A stretch of DNA of 59,770 bases from positions 1 to 59,770 of the forward strand of contig DAOVCJ010000003.1 of assembly GCA_030670085.1 (NCBI GenBank), written 5' to 3'. The notes under the pieces are model-generated. The model was given only the letters and a program-made list of their open reading frames with translations. It ran no database searches and was not told where the DNA came from. The translations under genes and the position numbers were made by a program. Positions 25,214-32,556 of the stretch are shown here, piece by piece. Positions within the stretch are counted from its first letter, which is position 1. Every line of letters begins with the position of its first letter. This DNA comes from Candidatus Aenigmatarchaeota archaeon (GTDB taxonomy: Archaea; Aenigmatarchaeota; Aenigmatarchaeia; QMZP01).

Positions 25214-25792
25214 ATGAGTTTGATCTTAATCACAGGCATTCCGGAGTCAGGGAGGGATTCCATAGTCAAGATGGTCTTGAGCGGTTCAAAGAAGAACTTA
25301 CCGGCTTTCGCATACATTAGATTTGATGATTTGGTTTCGTATGATGTTGACAAGAAATCAGAGGAACTGGATCTGTGGAGCTTCAGCAAAAGGATTGATC
25401 ACATGCACAAGATACAGGGAGATTTTTACAGAAATTTAAAGAAGAAGGTAGATTCCCTGAAGGGCAAGGAAAACCATATGATAGTGAACGGTTACTTCAC
25501 GCTCAAGATGCCTGGCGGTTACCTTCCAACGTTATCAAAAGATTCAATAAAGTTCTTTAAGCCAGATATCATAGTTGTTGTTAACGTTGACCTGGATAAT
25601 CCTGAGATGTTGAGAAAGTTCGGTAAAGAAAGGATAAGGGAATTAAAATACCACCAAGACATAAATTTAAAGTATGCTGCCAGTTACTCTACCTTGGCCA
25701 AGTCCGCTATAAGCGTTGTGAGGGTGGAGTACGGGAACCTGAAATATGCTTTGAAGGAAATGACTGATGTCATAACCCTTGCCCTGCAGTAA
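25214..25792 (+). CDS. adkA: archaeal-type adenylate kinase (AdkA) homolog with a degenerate P-loop
   Basis: 192 aa in the conserved secY-adkA position. Has GYLP motif, but Walker A reads GIPESGRDS instead of GxPGxGK(S/T). Confidence 0.6.
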   Translation: MSLILITGIPESGRDSIVKMVLSGSKKNLPAFAYIRFDDLVSYDVDKKSEELDLWSFSKRIDHMHKIQGDFYRNLKKKVDSLKGKENHMIVNGYFTLKMPGGYLPTLSKDSIKFFKPDIIVVVNVDLDNPEMLRKFGKERIRELKYHQDINLKYAASYSTLAKSAISVVRVEYGNLKYALKEMTDVITLALQ

Positions 25793-25805
25793 AGGAGGTT
25801 TTAGT

Positions 25806-26237
25806 ATGGTGTTTGGTTTGCCTGGATACCAGGAGGTTCTGATAATCTCGTTAGTTCTGTCTCTAATCATGGTTCTGCTCACCAAATTCCTGACCAACCA
25901 GGATGAGATAAGGAAGGCGAAGAGGGAGATGAAGTTCTACCAGGACAAGATAAAGAAGGCCCAGAAGTCAGAAGACAAGGAGGCCGTCAGCAAGCTATCG
26001 AAGGATATGCTCAAAGCAAGCAGCAAACAAATGAAGCAGAGCATGAAACCCATGTTCGTTTCCCTTATAATCTTCGTGATAGCATTAGGGTGGCTGACAG
26101 GGGAATATGGAGAGCTTTTGATAAACCTTCCCATAACCCTTCCTGTCCTGGGAAACCAGCTCAACTGGTTCTGGTGGTATTTGATAATAGTTCTGCCCAC
26201 AAGCTTTATCTTCAGGAAGATGTTGGGTGTGGAATAA
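25806..26237 (+). CDS. DUF106/EMC3-TMCO1-like membrane insertase homolog
   Basis: TM, then charged coiled coil (KREMKFYQDKIKKAQK), then TM-TM. Conserved position after adkA. ATG 25806 preferred. Confidence 0.6.
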   Translation: MVFGLPGYQEVLIISLVLSLIMVLLTKFLTNQDEIRKAKREMKFYQDKIKKAQKSEDKEAVSKLSKDMLKASSKQMKQSMKPMFVSLIIFVIALGWLTGEYGELLINLPITLPVLGNQLNWFWWYLIIVLPTSFIFRKMLGVE

Positions 26238-26244
26238 GAGTTCT

Positions 26245-26628
26245 TTAGAGCTGGAAAATGTACATGAAAAATGAAACACTCATGGTTAGGGGGAAGATGA
26301 CATAGGGGTGGCCGAACATCTTGAAATTCTTATAAATTCTGTTTTCGGAAATTAGAAATTCACCCTCCCTTCCCAACATCACTCCAACAAAAAGGGCAAA
26401 CATGCCTACAAATGCTATGGATATGAATCCCCACAAAATGATAGTTTTGGAAACGCTTACCTGAAACTCCAACAAAAGCAAACACATGCAAAATACATGA
26501 TAAAGAAGGTTTAGTGTTCCGTTCTTTGCTTCATATTTTGAAGACAGAAATTTTCTCCATCCCAGAACAATTATCTCTGGTATGAGGAATGTGCATGCGA
26601 AAATCAGTATTGAAAGGCCTGATATCAT
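26245..26628 (-). CDS. small multi-pass membrane protein
   Basis: Trimmed to Met34 (MISGLSILIF...) because the longer ORF (to 26727) overlaps tRNA-Tyr. Confidence 0.4.
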   Translation of the reverse strand: MISGLSILIFACTFLIPEIIVLGWRKFLSSKYEAKNGTLNLLYHVFCMCLLLLEFQVSVSKTIILWGFISIAFVGMFALFVGVMLGREGEFLISENRIYKNFKMFGHPYVIFPLTMSVSFFMYIFQL

Positions 26629-26678
26629 ATAATTATTATGTCCTTGCTGCAATAAATATTCTGGATATAAATAAGGAA

Positions 26679-26798
26679 TCCCGGGAATGGGATTCGAACC
26701 CATGACCTCGCGGTCTCTGTCTATCACAGGACATTGTCCTCAACAGACCGTTTAATCGGCTACAGCCGCGCGCTCTAAACCAACTGAGCTACCCCGGG
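26679..26798 (-). tRNA. tRNA-Tyr(GUA) with a canonical ~45-nt intron
   Basis: Acceptor CCCGGGG/TCCCGGG (C1:G72). Anticodon stem CGCGG/CCGCG, loop CT-GTA-G|intron|A. T-arm ATGGG-TTCGAAT-CCCAT. Confidence 0.85.
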
Positions 26799-26843
26799 AT
26801 GGTATTAATTCTTTTTGTGTGACTAGTATTTAAAAATAGTTTT

Positions 26844-28223
26844 TTATTCCACTATCAGGTGTTTTGAGAATATCCTTGTTTTTTTGCCTTTGTCGCTACT
26901 GAACCTTATATACGCCTTTGGCATCCGGAGGCTTCCCTGGACAAGGGTCTTTATCTTATAGGTGATTATCCTGGTCTCCTTTGGCCTCATGTCCCCGAGC
27001 TTCCATATCAACTCTGTTCCTGCCTCAGACCTCCTGACAACAGGAATCAGCATCTCAAACTCCTCATGCAGAACCCTTGCCAGTGGGGAAATCCAGTCCC
27101 TTACGATAACGTTCCTCAGATGATGCATGAACGGGTTTTTGATTTCCAGGATTATCGAATGCCTGTCTTCTCCCTTCCTAGCATGCCTCTTGCTTATGGT
27201 CGGGCTTGTCACCCTTATGAACGAGAAGGTGATTATCGCAAGTATTACCAGTACTATTACCACATACTGACCGTAGATAACCCAGTAATTCAATCGATAG
27301 GTGATCATGGCTGACGAGCCGGGTGTGAGTTCCTGGACAACGTAACCACAGACCTTGTTCTCGCCCTCAACCTCACAGCTAATAGGCTCGGTAACCATTC
27401 CTGTTATCAGGTCGTTGTTTGGAAGGGTCTGGTAGGTTTTGTAGTCCTTCTCTATCACATTACCCCTGTTCTCAATCGTTATTATAACGTCTTCGTAAAG
27501 AGGCGTGGAAATTCTCTTTACCACCTCAACAATATCATGAACAGGTTCTATCTCAAACTCCAACGTATCGCTCAGACCCGTCCCAGCCACAGCTGCCTCT
27601 ATTGTATACTTCCCTGCCAGAAAATCTCCAATTGGGACAGTCTTCTTTATGGTTTCCATTCCCTGCATGGTCAGCCGTTCTGAGAGGATTCCTATGGTTT
27701 TGCCAGAGCTGTCCTTAAGATTAAACACAACTTCAATATCCCTCTCTTCAGTGGATTCTAGAATAAGGTAGATGTCCAGGTTGTCATTCGCTATTTCTGT
27801 GTAGAAACCCTCTATGTCGAATTTTAATTTGACACTGAGGTATATTGTATCTGTTGCCTCCACCCATGACATATCAAAGGACTGTATGGTTATGTCGAAC
27901 GTAAACAACCCCTCCTTATCCCCTGTTGGGAAGAACTTAATGTCTATTACCTTTGATGAAGCCTGATCTAGTTTTAGCAGAGTGTATGCATTCTGTATCC
28001 AGCCGTAGTGTGTGTCCCTCACAAAGACCCTAACATCCTCAGGAACGTTCCTGTTGTTCCTCAGTTCGATGTTATAGGTTACCTCAGAACCTATGTAAAC
28101 CTCCTGGTTGTTGTTCAACACCTCGATCTCCAGTGGGGCTGCCAGCGCCGGAACCGTCAGAAAAGCGAAGAATACAAAGACCGTGAACAGAAGGGGGATC
28201 CTTTTCATAAGAATAAATATCAC
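26844..28223 (-). CDS. secreted/membrane-anchored surface protein with CARDB/DUF11-like repeat domains
   Basis: 459 aa. Signal peptide, beta-rich repeats, one TM (~res 320-340), C-terminal 'conserved repeat domain'-like segment (LIWKLGDMRPKETRIITYKIK). Confidence 0.6.
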   Translation of the reverse strand: MIFILMKRIPLLFTVFVFFAFLTVPALAAPLEIEVLNNNQEVYIGSEVTYNIELRNNRNVPEDVRVFVRDTHYGWIQNAYTLLKLDQASSKVIDIKFFPTGDKEGLFTFDITIQSFDMSWVEATDTIYLSVKLKFDIEGFYTEIANDNLDIYLILESTEERDIEVVFNLKDSSGKTIGILSERLTMQGMETIKKTVPIGDFLAGKYTIEAAVAGTGLSDTLEFEIEPVHDIVEVVKRISTPLYEDVIITIENRGNVIEKDYKTYQTLPNNDLITGMVTEPISCEVEGENKVCGYVVQELTPGSSAMITYRLNYWVIYGQYVVIVLVILAIITFSFIRVTSPTISKRHARKGEDRHSIILEIKNPFMHHLRNVIVRDWISPLARVLHEEFEMLIPVVRRSEAGTELIWKLGDMRPKETRIITYKIKTLVQGSLRMPKAYIRFSSDKGKKTRIFSKHLIVE

Positions 28224-28239
28224 ATTAAGATATTTAAAT

Positions 28240-28620
28240 CTAATCGGATGTTTTTAATTCAAACTCGTACATGCTCGGTATCCATTTGTTCCCAGATCCT
28301 CTGTAGTTACATTTTGAACACTTCAAAGCAACCAGGACTTTTCTCCCTCTCAGGTTTTTTGTGTAAACCCTCTTCAGTTTGTGATTGCATGCAGGACATT
28401 TCTTTGGGAGTTTGCCCTTCCTGGTTTTTATCCTGACCCTGACTCCTGGAGTTTCTGTTGCTATGATCCTTGCCCTCTGGGCAGAAATCGCATACTGCTT
28501 GTCACCCTGCTTCAGTTTTTTCCCCACAACCTCTGCGAGTCTTGCCTGGGATTTTATTCTCTGTTTCCGCAGGACATCTTTCAGAATGAACTTCACTATC
28601 TCCTTCTTGGGAATCAGCAT
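28240..28620 (-). CDS. hypothetical zinc-ribbon protein
   Basis: 126 aa, CPACNH...CSKCNY, basic. Confidence 0.5.
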   Translation of the reverse strand: MLIPKKEIVKFILKDVLRKQRIKSQARLAEVVGKKLKQGDKQYAISAQRARIIATETPGVRVRIKTRKGKLPKKCPACNHKLKRVYTKNLRGRKVLVALKCSKCNYRGSGNKWIPSMYEFELKTSD

Positions 28621-28665
28621 ATTTTAAATTAGATTCTTATATTTAACTTTGTCCATAATTTAATT

Positions 28666-29037
28666 ATGTCAAAAATCGCTGTCTTGGTTTCATTCATTTT
28701 CATACTTGCCTCTTTCTACGTTGTGCATGCACAGCAAATTGGTTGGGGCGATATAATGCCCTGTGTTTCAGGGGAATACAGACCCTGTGGTATCAACATT
28801 GGTGAGTGTAAAAAGGGAGTAAGGGTATGTGAGGATGGCCAGTGGGGTGAGTGCAAAAATCAGACAGGACCGACTGAAGAGATTTGTGGAAACGGGAAGG
28901 ATGAAGACTGCAACGGGATTGTAGATGACTGTATTGATAATACATTTGGTTACATATGTATAGGGGCTGGTATTGTTATCCTTATATTCGCGTTTATCCT
29001 TTCAAAAATAAAGGTTCATGAAAAGGAGGAGTTCTAA
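28666..29037 (+). CDS. small Cys-rich secreted protein with a C-terminal TM anchor
   Basis: Signal peptide, 10 Cys, GNGKDEDCNGIVDDC motif (the metal-binding-type DxDCDG repeat known from other secreted proteins), hydrophobic tail. Confidence 0.6.
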   Translation: MSKIAVLVSFIFILASFYVVHAQQIGWGDIMPCVSGEYRPCGINIGECKKGVRVCEDGQWGECKNQTGPTEEICGNGKDEDCNGIVDDCIDNTFGYICIGAGIVILIFAFILSKIKVHEKEEF

Positions 29038-29999
29038 CCATACAGTTCTTTTCCAGCCCTGGTAAGGGTTTTGGATCCCTTTATCTCTTCCCTGAACATC
29101 TGGAGTTTCAAAATCCTGAATTTTTTGAATCTTTTCCGGATATCCTTCAATCTTTCCTGCTGCATCTTTCTCTTTTCCCTGCAGAAATCACATCTTGAGT
29201 TCTCGGGTATGAGCTGATTCACTATAACTCTCTCAACTGGTATGTTATACTGGTTCAGGACCTCGAGAGAGCGTTCGGATTCGTATATGCTCATTGCCTC
29301 AGGTATCATAACCATGTTGTAGTGTGTTTTCTTGGGATCCGATAGTATCAGCTTTGCGGCCCCTATCCTCTTCTTCATTTCCTCCAGCTGCCCGGTTCCC
29401 AGGCTTTCACCTTCCTCCTCTGGGTTCCCGAAAGGCAGAACCTTCTTGACAAGGTTTGCAACCCCAGCAAACCTCATTCGAATTTTAATCATCTTGCCCA
29501 CCCAGGAATCCAGAACATCAGGAAGCGAGAGGAAACGAAGGGTGTGTCCAGTAGGAGCGGTATCGAATATTATTATGTCATATTCCCTTGAGTCCATGTA
29601 CTGCAGGAATTTGTCAAATGCCGCCATCTCATCTATTCCAGGGGTCATTCCCACATAGTCAAATGTATCCTCCATCCCGAGGCCCTTTAGGAAATCTATC
29701 TTCTCTATCTTGGGCATGATCTTTTCTTTATACTCTTCCATCGCCTTCTTGGGATCTATCTCAACCGCGTAGAGGTTCTTGTCAAGCTTCTTAAGGTCCC
29801 CGCCGATCTTCTTTTCAAAGGAGTCTGAAAGTGAGTGGGCAGGATCAGTGGATATTATCAGAACCTTTTTGCCCTTCCCGGAGAACCATAACGCTGTTGC
29901 TGCGGCTACACTGGTTTTGCCTACTCCTCCCTTCCCGGCAAAAAAATGATATTCAGGATCTCTAGTTTTTTTGATTATGTTTTTCAACATGCCAATCAT
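29034..29999 (-). CDS. arsA: ArsA/Get3-family ATPase
   Basis: P-loop GKGGVGKTS, DPAHSLSD, DTAPTGHTLR, CDFC pair. Confidence 0.85.
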   Translation of the reverse strand: MIGMLKNIIKKTRDPEYHFFAGKGGVGKTSVAAATALWFSGKGKKVLIISTDPAHSLSDSFEKKIGGDLKKLDKNLYAVEIDPKKAMEEYKEKIMPKIEKIDFLKGLGMEDTFDYVGMTPGIDEMAAFDKFLQYMDSREYDIIIFDTAPTGHTLRFLSLPDVLDSWVGKMIKIRMRFAGVANLVKKVLPFGNPEEEGESLGTGQLEEMKKRIGAAKLILSDPKKTHYNMVMIPEAMSIYESERSLEVLNQYNIPVERVIVNQLIPENSRCDFCREKRKMQQERLKDIRKRFKKFRILKLQMFREEIKGSKTLTRAGKELYG

Positions 30000-30009
30000 T
30001 CCCTGTTAG

Positions 30010-30080
30010 AGCAGAGGCCGGGATTCGAACCCGGATACGCGGCTCTGCAGGCCGCTGCGTAACCATTCCGCCACCTCTGC
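30010..30080 (-). tRNA. tRNA-Cys(GCA), intron-less
   Basis: GCAGAGG...anticodon stem GCGGC/GCCGC, loop CTGCAGA, T-arm CCGGG-TTCGAAT-CCCGG, 71 nt. Confidence 0.9.
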
Positions 30081-30100
30081 ATACGTAAATTATTGAGACG

Positions 30101-30889
30101 TTATTTAAAAACCCTGTCTGTCTTTATTATTGGCGCTTTACTGTCCCTGACCAGACCCAAGGCGATTATTTCGCTTCTGTAATAGATGCCAACATGCTCA
30201 TTTTCAGTTAATCTGTCCATTTTGATGACGTTATTCTCTTTGACGGGGATTCCGTTTCTGATCCTGTCTACCGAATCCTTTTTGACTATCACCTTCTTCA
30301 ATCCAATCCTCTCCAGAATCCTTTCCAAGGAAATAACATTCTTCTTTCCCAGTTTTTCAATCGTTGTGCACTCCTTCTCAGAGAATCCATTGATTTTCGT
30401 TCTCCTGAGTTCTGTCATATGCGCTCCTGCCCCAATTTTTTCGCCAAAATCATGGCACAGCTTCCTGATGTAGGTCCCTGATTCGCACCCAACCCTGAAA
30501 TGCAAATCCCTTCCCTTTATTTTGGTGATTTCGAAAGAATAAATCTCCCTTTCCCTGGGTTTCCTTACAACAGCTGACCTTACCGGAGGGGTCTGGATTA
30601 TTTTTCCCACAAAATCCCTCGCAACCCTTCTTATCCTTTCCTTACCCACATCACCGTGGAGGTGCATCTTTCCTTCGTACTCCTTTCTCAATCCTATCAG
30701 AACAGGCATTGCTTTTCTTGCCTCGTTCAAGGCGATGAGAAGGACCCCTGTAACCTTAGGGTCCAGGGTTCCCGAATGGCCAGCCCTCTCAGCCCTGAGA
30801 ATCTTTTTAACCCTCTCAACGCACTGCATGCTGGTCAAATCTCTTGACTTATCGAGCAAAACAATCCCCATTCGCATGCTTTCTGACAT
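30101..30889 (-). CDS. cbf5: tRNA/rRNA pseudouridine synthase Cbf5 (TruB family)
   Basis: GHSGTLDPKVTGVL catalytic motif, C-terminal PUA-like region. Uninterrupted ORF. Confidence 0.85.
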   Translation of the reverse strand: MSESMRMGIVLLDKSRDLTSMQCVERVKKILRAERAGHSGTLDPKVTGVLLIALNEARKAMPVLIGLRKEYEGKMHLHGDVGKERIRRVARDFVGKIIQTPPVRSAVVRKPREREIYSFEITKIKGRDLHFRVGCESGTYIRKLCHDFGEKIGAGAHMTELRRTKINGFSEKECTTIEKLGKKNVISLERILERIGLKKVIVKKDSVDRIRNGIPVKENNVIKMDRLTENEHVGIYYRSEIIALGLVRDSKAPIIKTDRVFK

Positions 30890-30901
30890 AAAAACCCCAA
30901 A

Positions 30902-30914
30902 CTTATATATTTAT
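30902..30914 (+). promoter_or_regulatory. TATA-like box upstream of the rpl40e leader array
   Basis: CTTATATATTTAT lies ~45 nt before the first hairpin of the array. Confidence 0.35.
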
Positions 30915-30958
30915 CTAAGAAATTAATAGGATTGAAGCCAAATATAAGTGATAGTATT

Positions 30959-30996
30959 GAGACCCGCATTGGACAGATTTAACAAATGCGGGATAC
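30959..30996 (+). repeat. CTTGG-hairpin subfamily B copy 1 (rpl40e leader)
   Basis: GAGACCCGCATTGG-ACAGATTTAA-CAAATGCGGGATAC. Confidence 0.7.
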
Positions 30997-31006
30997 GAAA
31001 GAGGTT

Positions 31007-31130
31007 GAGACCCGACTCGGGACAACTTGAGAGGCGACTTGGTACGCTTACATTCCGTTCCCGAAGGGAACGGCTCGCATTCAATTGGGTAAAGTCGCCA
31101 TACGATTGGTCAAACAAAGTCGGGAGGTAC
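31007..31130 (+). repeat. subfamily B copy 2 carrying two levels of nested hairpins
   Basis: Outer GAGACCCGACT.../AAAGTCGGGAGGTAC. Inner GGCGACTTGG...AAGTCGCC (31033-31099). Innermost TCCGTTCCC-GAA-GGGAACGG (31054-31073). Confidence 0.65.
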
Positions 31131-31136
31131 AAGAAC

Positions 31137-31176
31137 GAGACCCGACTTGGAGAGATTGAGCAAAGTCGGGGGGTAC
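31137..31176 (+). repeat. subfamily B copy 3, ends 4 nt before the rpl40e ATG
   Basis: GAGACCCGACTTGG-AGAGATTGAG-CAAAGTCGGGGGGTAC. Confidence 0.75.
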
Positions 31177-31180
31177 AAGC

Positions 31181-31357
31181 ATGCCAAAACACAGGTTTCC
31201 AGAAGCTGAGCAGAGGCTCTTCCACAGGGTCTTTGTGTGCATGAAGTGCGGAGCGAAGATAAGGTCTGATCTTATTAAGGTTAGGTCTGGAAAGATAAAA
31301 TGCAGGAAGTGCAAATCAAAGAGACTGAGACCTATCCATAAGGAGCACAAGATTTGA
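31181..31357 (+). CDS. rpl40e: 50S ribosomal protein L40e (eL40)
   Basis: 58 aa. MPKHRFPEAEQRLF..CMKCGA...CRKCKSKRLRP zinc ribbon. Below the ORF-track cut-off. Confidence 0.8.
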   Translation: MPKHRFPEAEQRLFHRVFVCMKCGAKIRSDLIKVRSGKIKCRKCKSKRLRPIHKEHKI

Positions 31358-31365
31358 GTGATATC

Positions 31366-31629
31366 ATGAGTAGAAAGGGTTTTTACAAGAGGGGATGGCA
31401 CCACACAAAAACCAGAGGGAAAGAATCACTGGTTACGTGCGGTTTTTGTGGAAGGAAGGTCCCTAAGTATAAAACCTTTCCTGTCTTCAGGGGTTTCAGG
31501 ATAACAGATCCTCTTATAAAACAGGAACTTGGAGTTAGGGGAAGAAGGGGCTTGTCCCTGTCCTCAAGCAAGGTGTACGCCTGCCCAGCCTGCGCTAGGC
31601 ACAGAAACATAGTGAGGAAGAAGAGGTAA
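31366..31629 (+). CDS. rps26e: 30S ribosomal protein S26e (eS26), tentative
   Basis: Basic N-terminus, C.FCGRKVPK...YACPACARHRNIV pattern as in eS26. ATG 31366 preferred over TTG 31354. Confidence 0.6.
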   Translation: MSRKGFYKRGWHHTKTRGKESLVTCGFCGRKVPKYKTFPVFRGFRITDPLIKQELGVRGRRGLSLSSSKVYACPACARHRNIVRKKR

Positions 31630-31665
31630 CGAATGATTTTTTATTATACAAAACAATATTAAACT

Positions 31666-32547
31666 ATGGCTATGATTGATTCCTACAAGAGACTATCACT
31701 GCAAATTTTTGGAAAAATTGTGGACAGGTACATAAAGGGTTTTGATTCCCTGAAGCCCCATCTGAGGGGAGCCAATCTCAATTTCCTTCTCAAGGCCTGG
31801 GTGTCAATGATACTGATGACAACTGCTATTGCGTATCTGGTTTCCCTTGTTTTGTTCATTTTTGTCGGGGTCCTTATCGAGTTGGATTTTGTGACATACA
31901 TCTACTATGTGATATTTGCCCCTGTTCTGGTAGCATCACTCACGTTCATGCTTATGTATGTATATCCTATGCAGAAGGCAAAATCCGTTAGAAAATCAAT
32001 AGATGAAAACCTCCCCTTCGCACTGATACACATGAACTCTATCGTTTCTTCAGGAATCCCTCCGGAGTTTATGTTTGAGCTTCTGGCTGGTTTTAAGGAG
32101 TATGGTGAGATATCAAAGCAGGCCAGGTTAATTGTAAGGAACATAAAAACTTTTGGTATGAGTTCTATAAACGCGATAAATCACATGGCCCAGAGAACCC
32201 CGTCCCCCATGTTCAAGGAGATCCTTTCGGGTATATCATCAACTATAGAGAAGGGTGGAGATCTTCCAAGCTTTATTAAAACCATGTCAGATAAGACATT
32301 GTTTGAATACAGGATGAAGAGAGAGCAGTACACCAGAACCCTTTCTATGCTGTCCGATGTTTACACCGCTGTCCTCATAGCTGCACCACTCATGATGCTT
32401 ACCGCTCTCGTTATGATGAATCTTATAGGTGGGGACTTCTTCGGCCTGACTATACCAGATGTCATAGCAATGATGACCTGGGTTGTTATACCCAGTTTGA
32501 ATGTGGCCTTTCTTGCATTCATCCACACAAGCTACCCAAGGGTTTAA
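31666..32547 (+). CDS. FlaJ/TadC-like platform membrane protein, half-size
   Basis: 293 aa, single T2SSF-like domain (LPFALIHMNSIVSSGIPP...GEISKQARLIVRNIKTFG). Confidence 0.7.
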   Translation: MAMIDSYKRLSLQIFGKIVDRYIKGFDSLKPHLRGANLNFLLKAWVSMILMTTAIAYLVSLVLFIFVGVLIELDFVTYIYYVIFAPVLVASLTFMLMYVYPMQKAKSVRKSIDENLPFALIHMNSIVSSGIPPEFMFELLAGFKEYGEISKQARLIVRNIKTFGMSSINAINHMAQRTPSPMFKEILSGISSTIEKGGDLPSFIKTMSDKTLFEYRMKREQYTRTLSMLSDVYTAVLIAAPLMMLTALVMMNLIGGDFFGLTIPDVIAMMTWVVIPSLNVAFLAFIHTSYPRV

Positions 32548-32556
32548 GAAATCGCT

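Noticed and set aside
26629-26727. The GTG-initiated extension of the membrane-protein ORF 26245-26727.
   Set aside because: It overlaps the 3' half of tRNA-Tyr. The ORF was trimmed to the internal Met at 26628.
30101-30889. A possible BHB intron in cbf5, as known for cbf5 pre-mRNA in some Crenarchaeota.
   Set aside because: The ORF is continuous, with the catalytic GHSGTLDP motif and the C-terminal domain in one frame. I saw no hairpin-family copy inside it.
31033-31099. CCGTTCCCGAAGGGAACGGCTCGCA in the rpl40e leader resembles an SRP RNA helix-8 apical loop.
   Set aside because: It lacks the conserved GGAA/AGCA helix-8 pattern. It sits inside a hairpin whose stem (GGCGACTTGG.../AAGTCGCC) is clearly a member of the repeat family.
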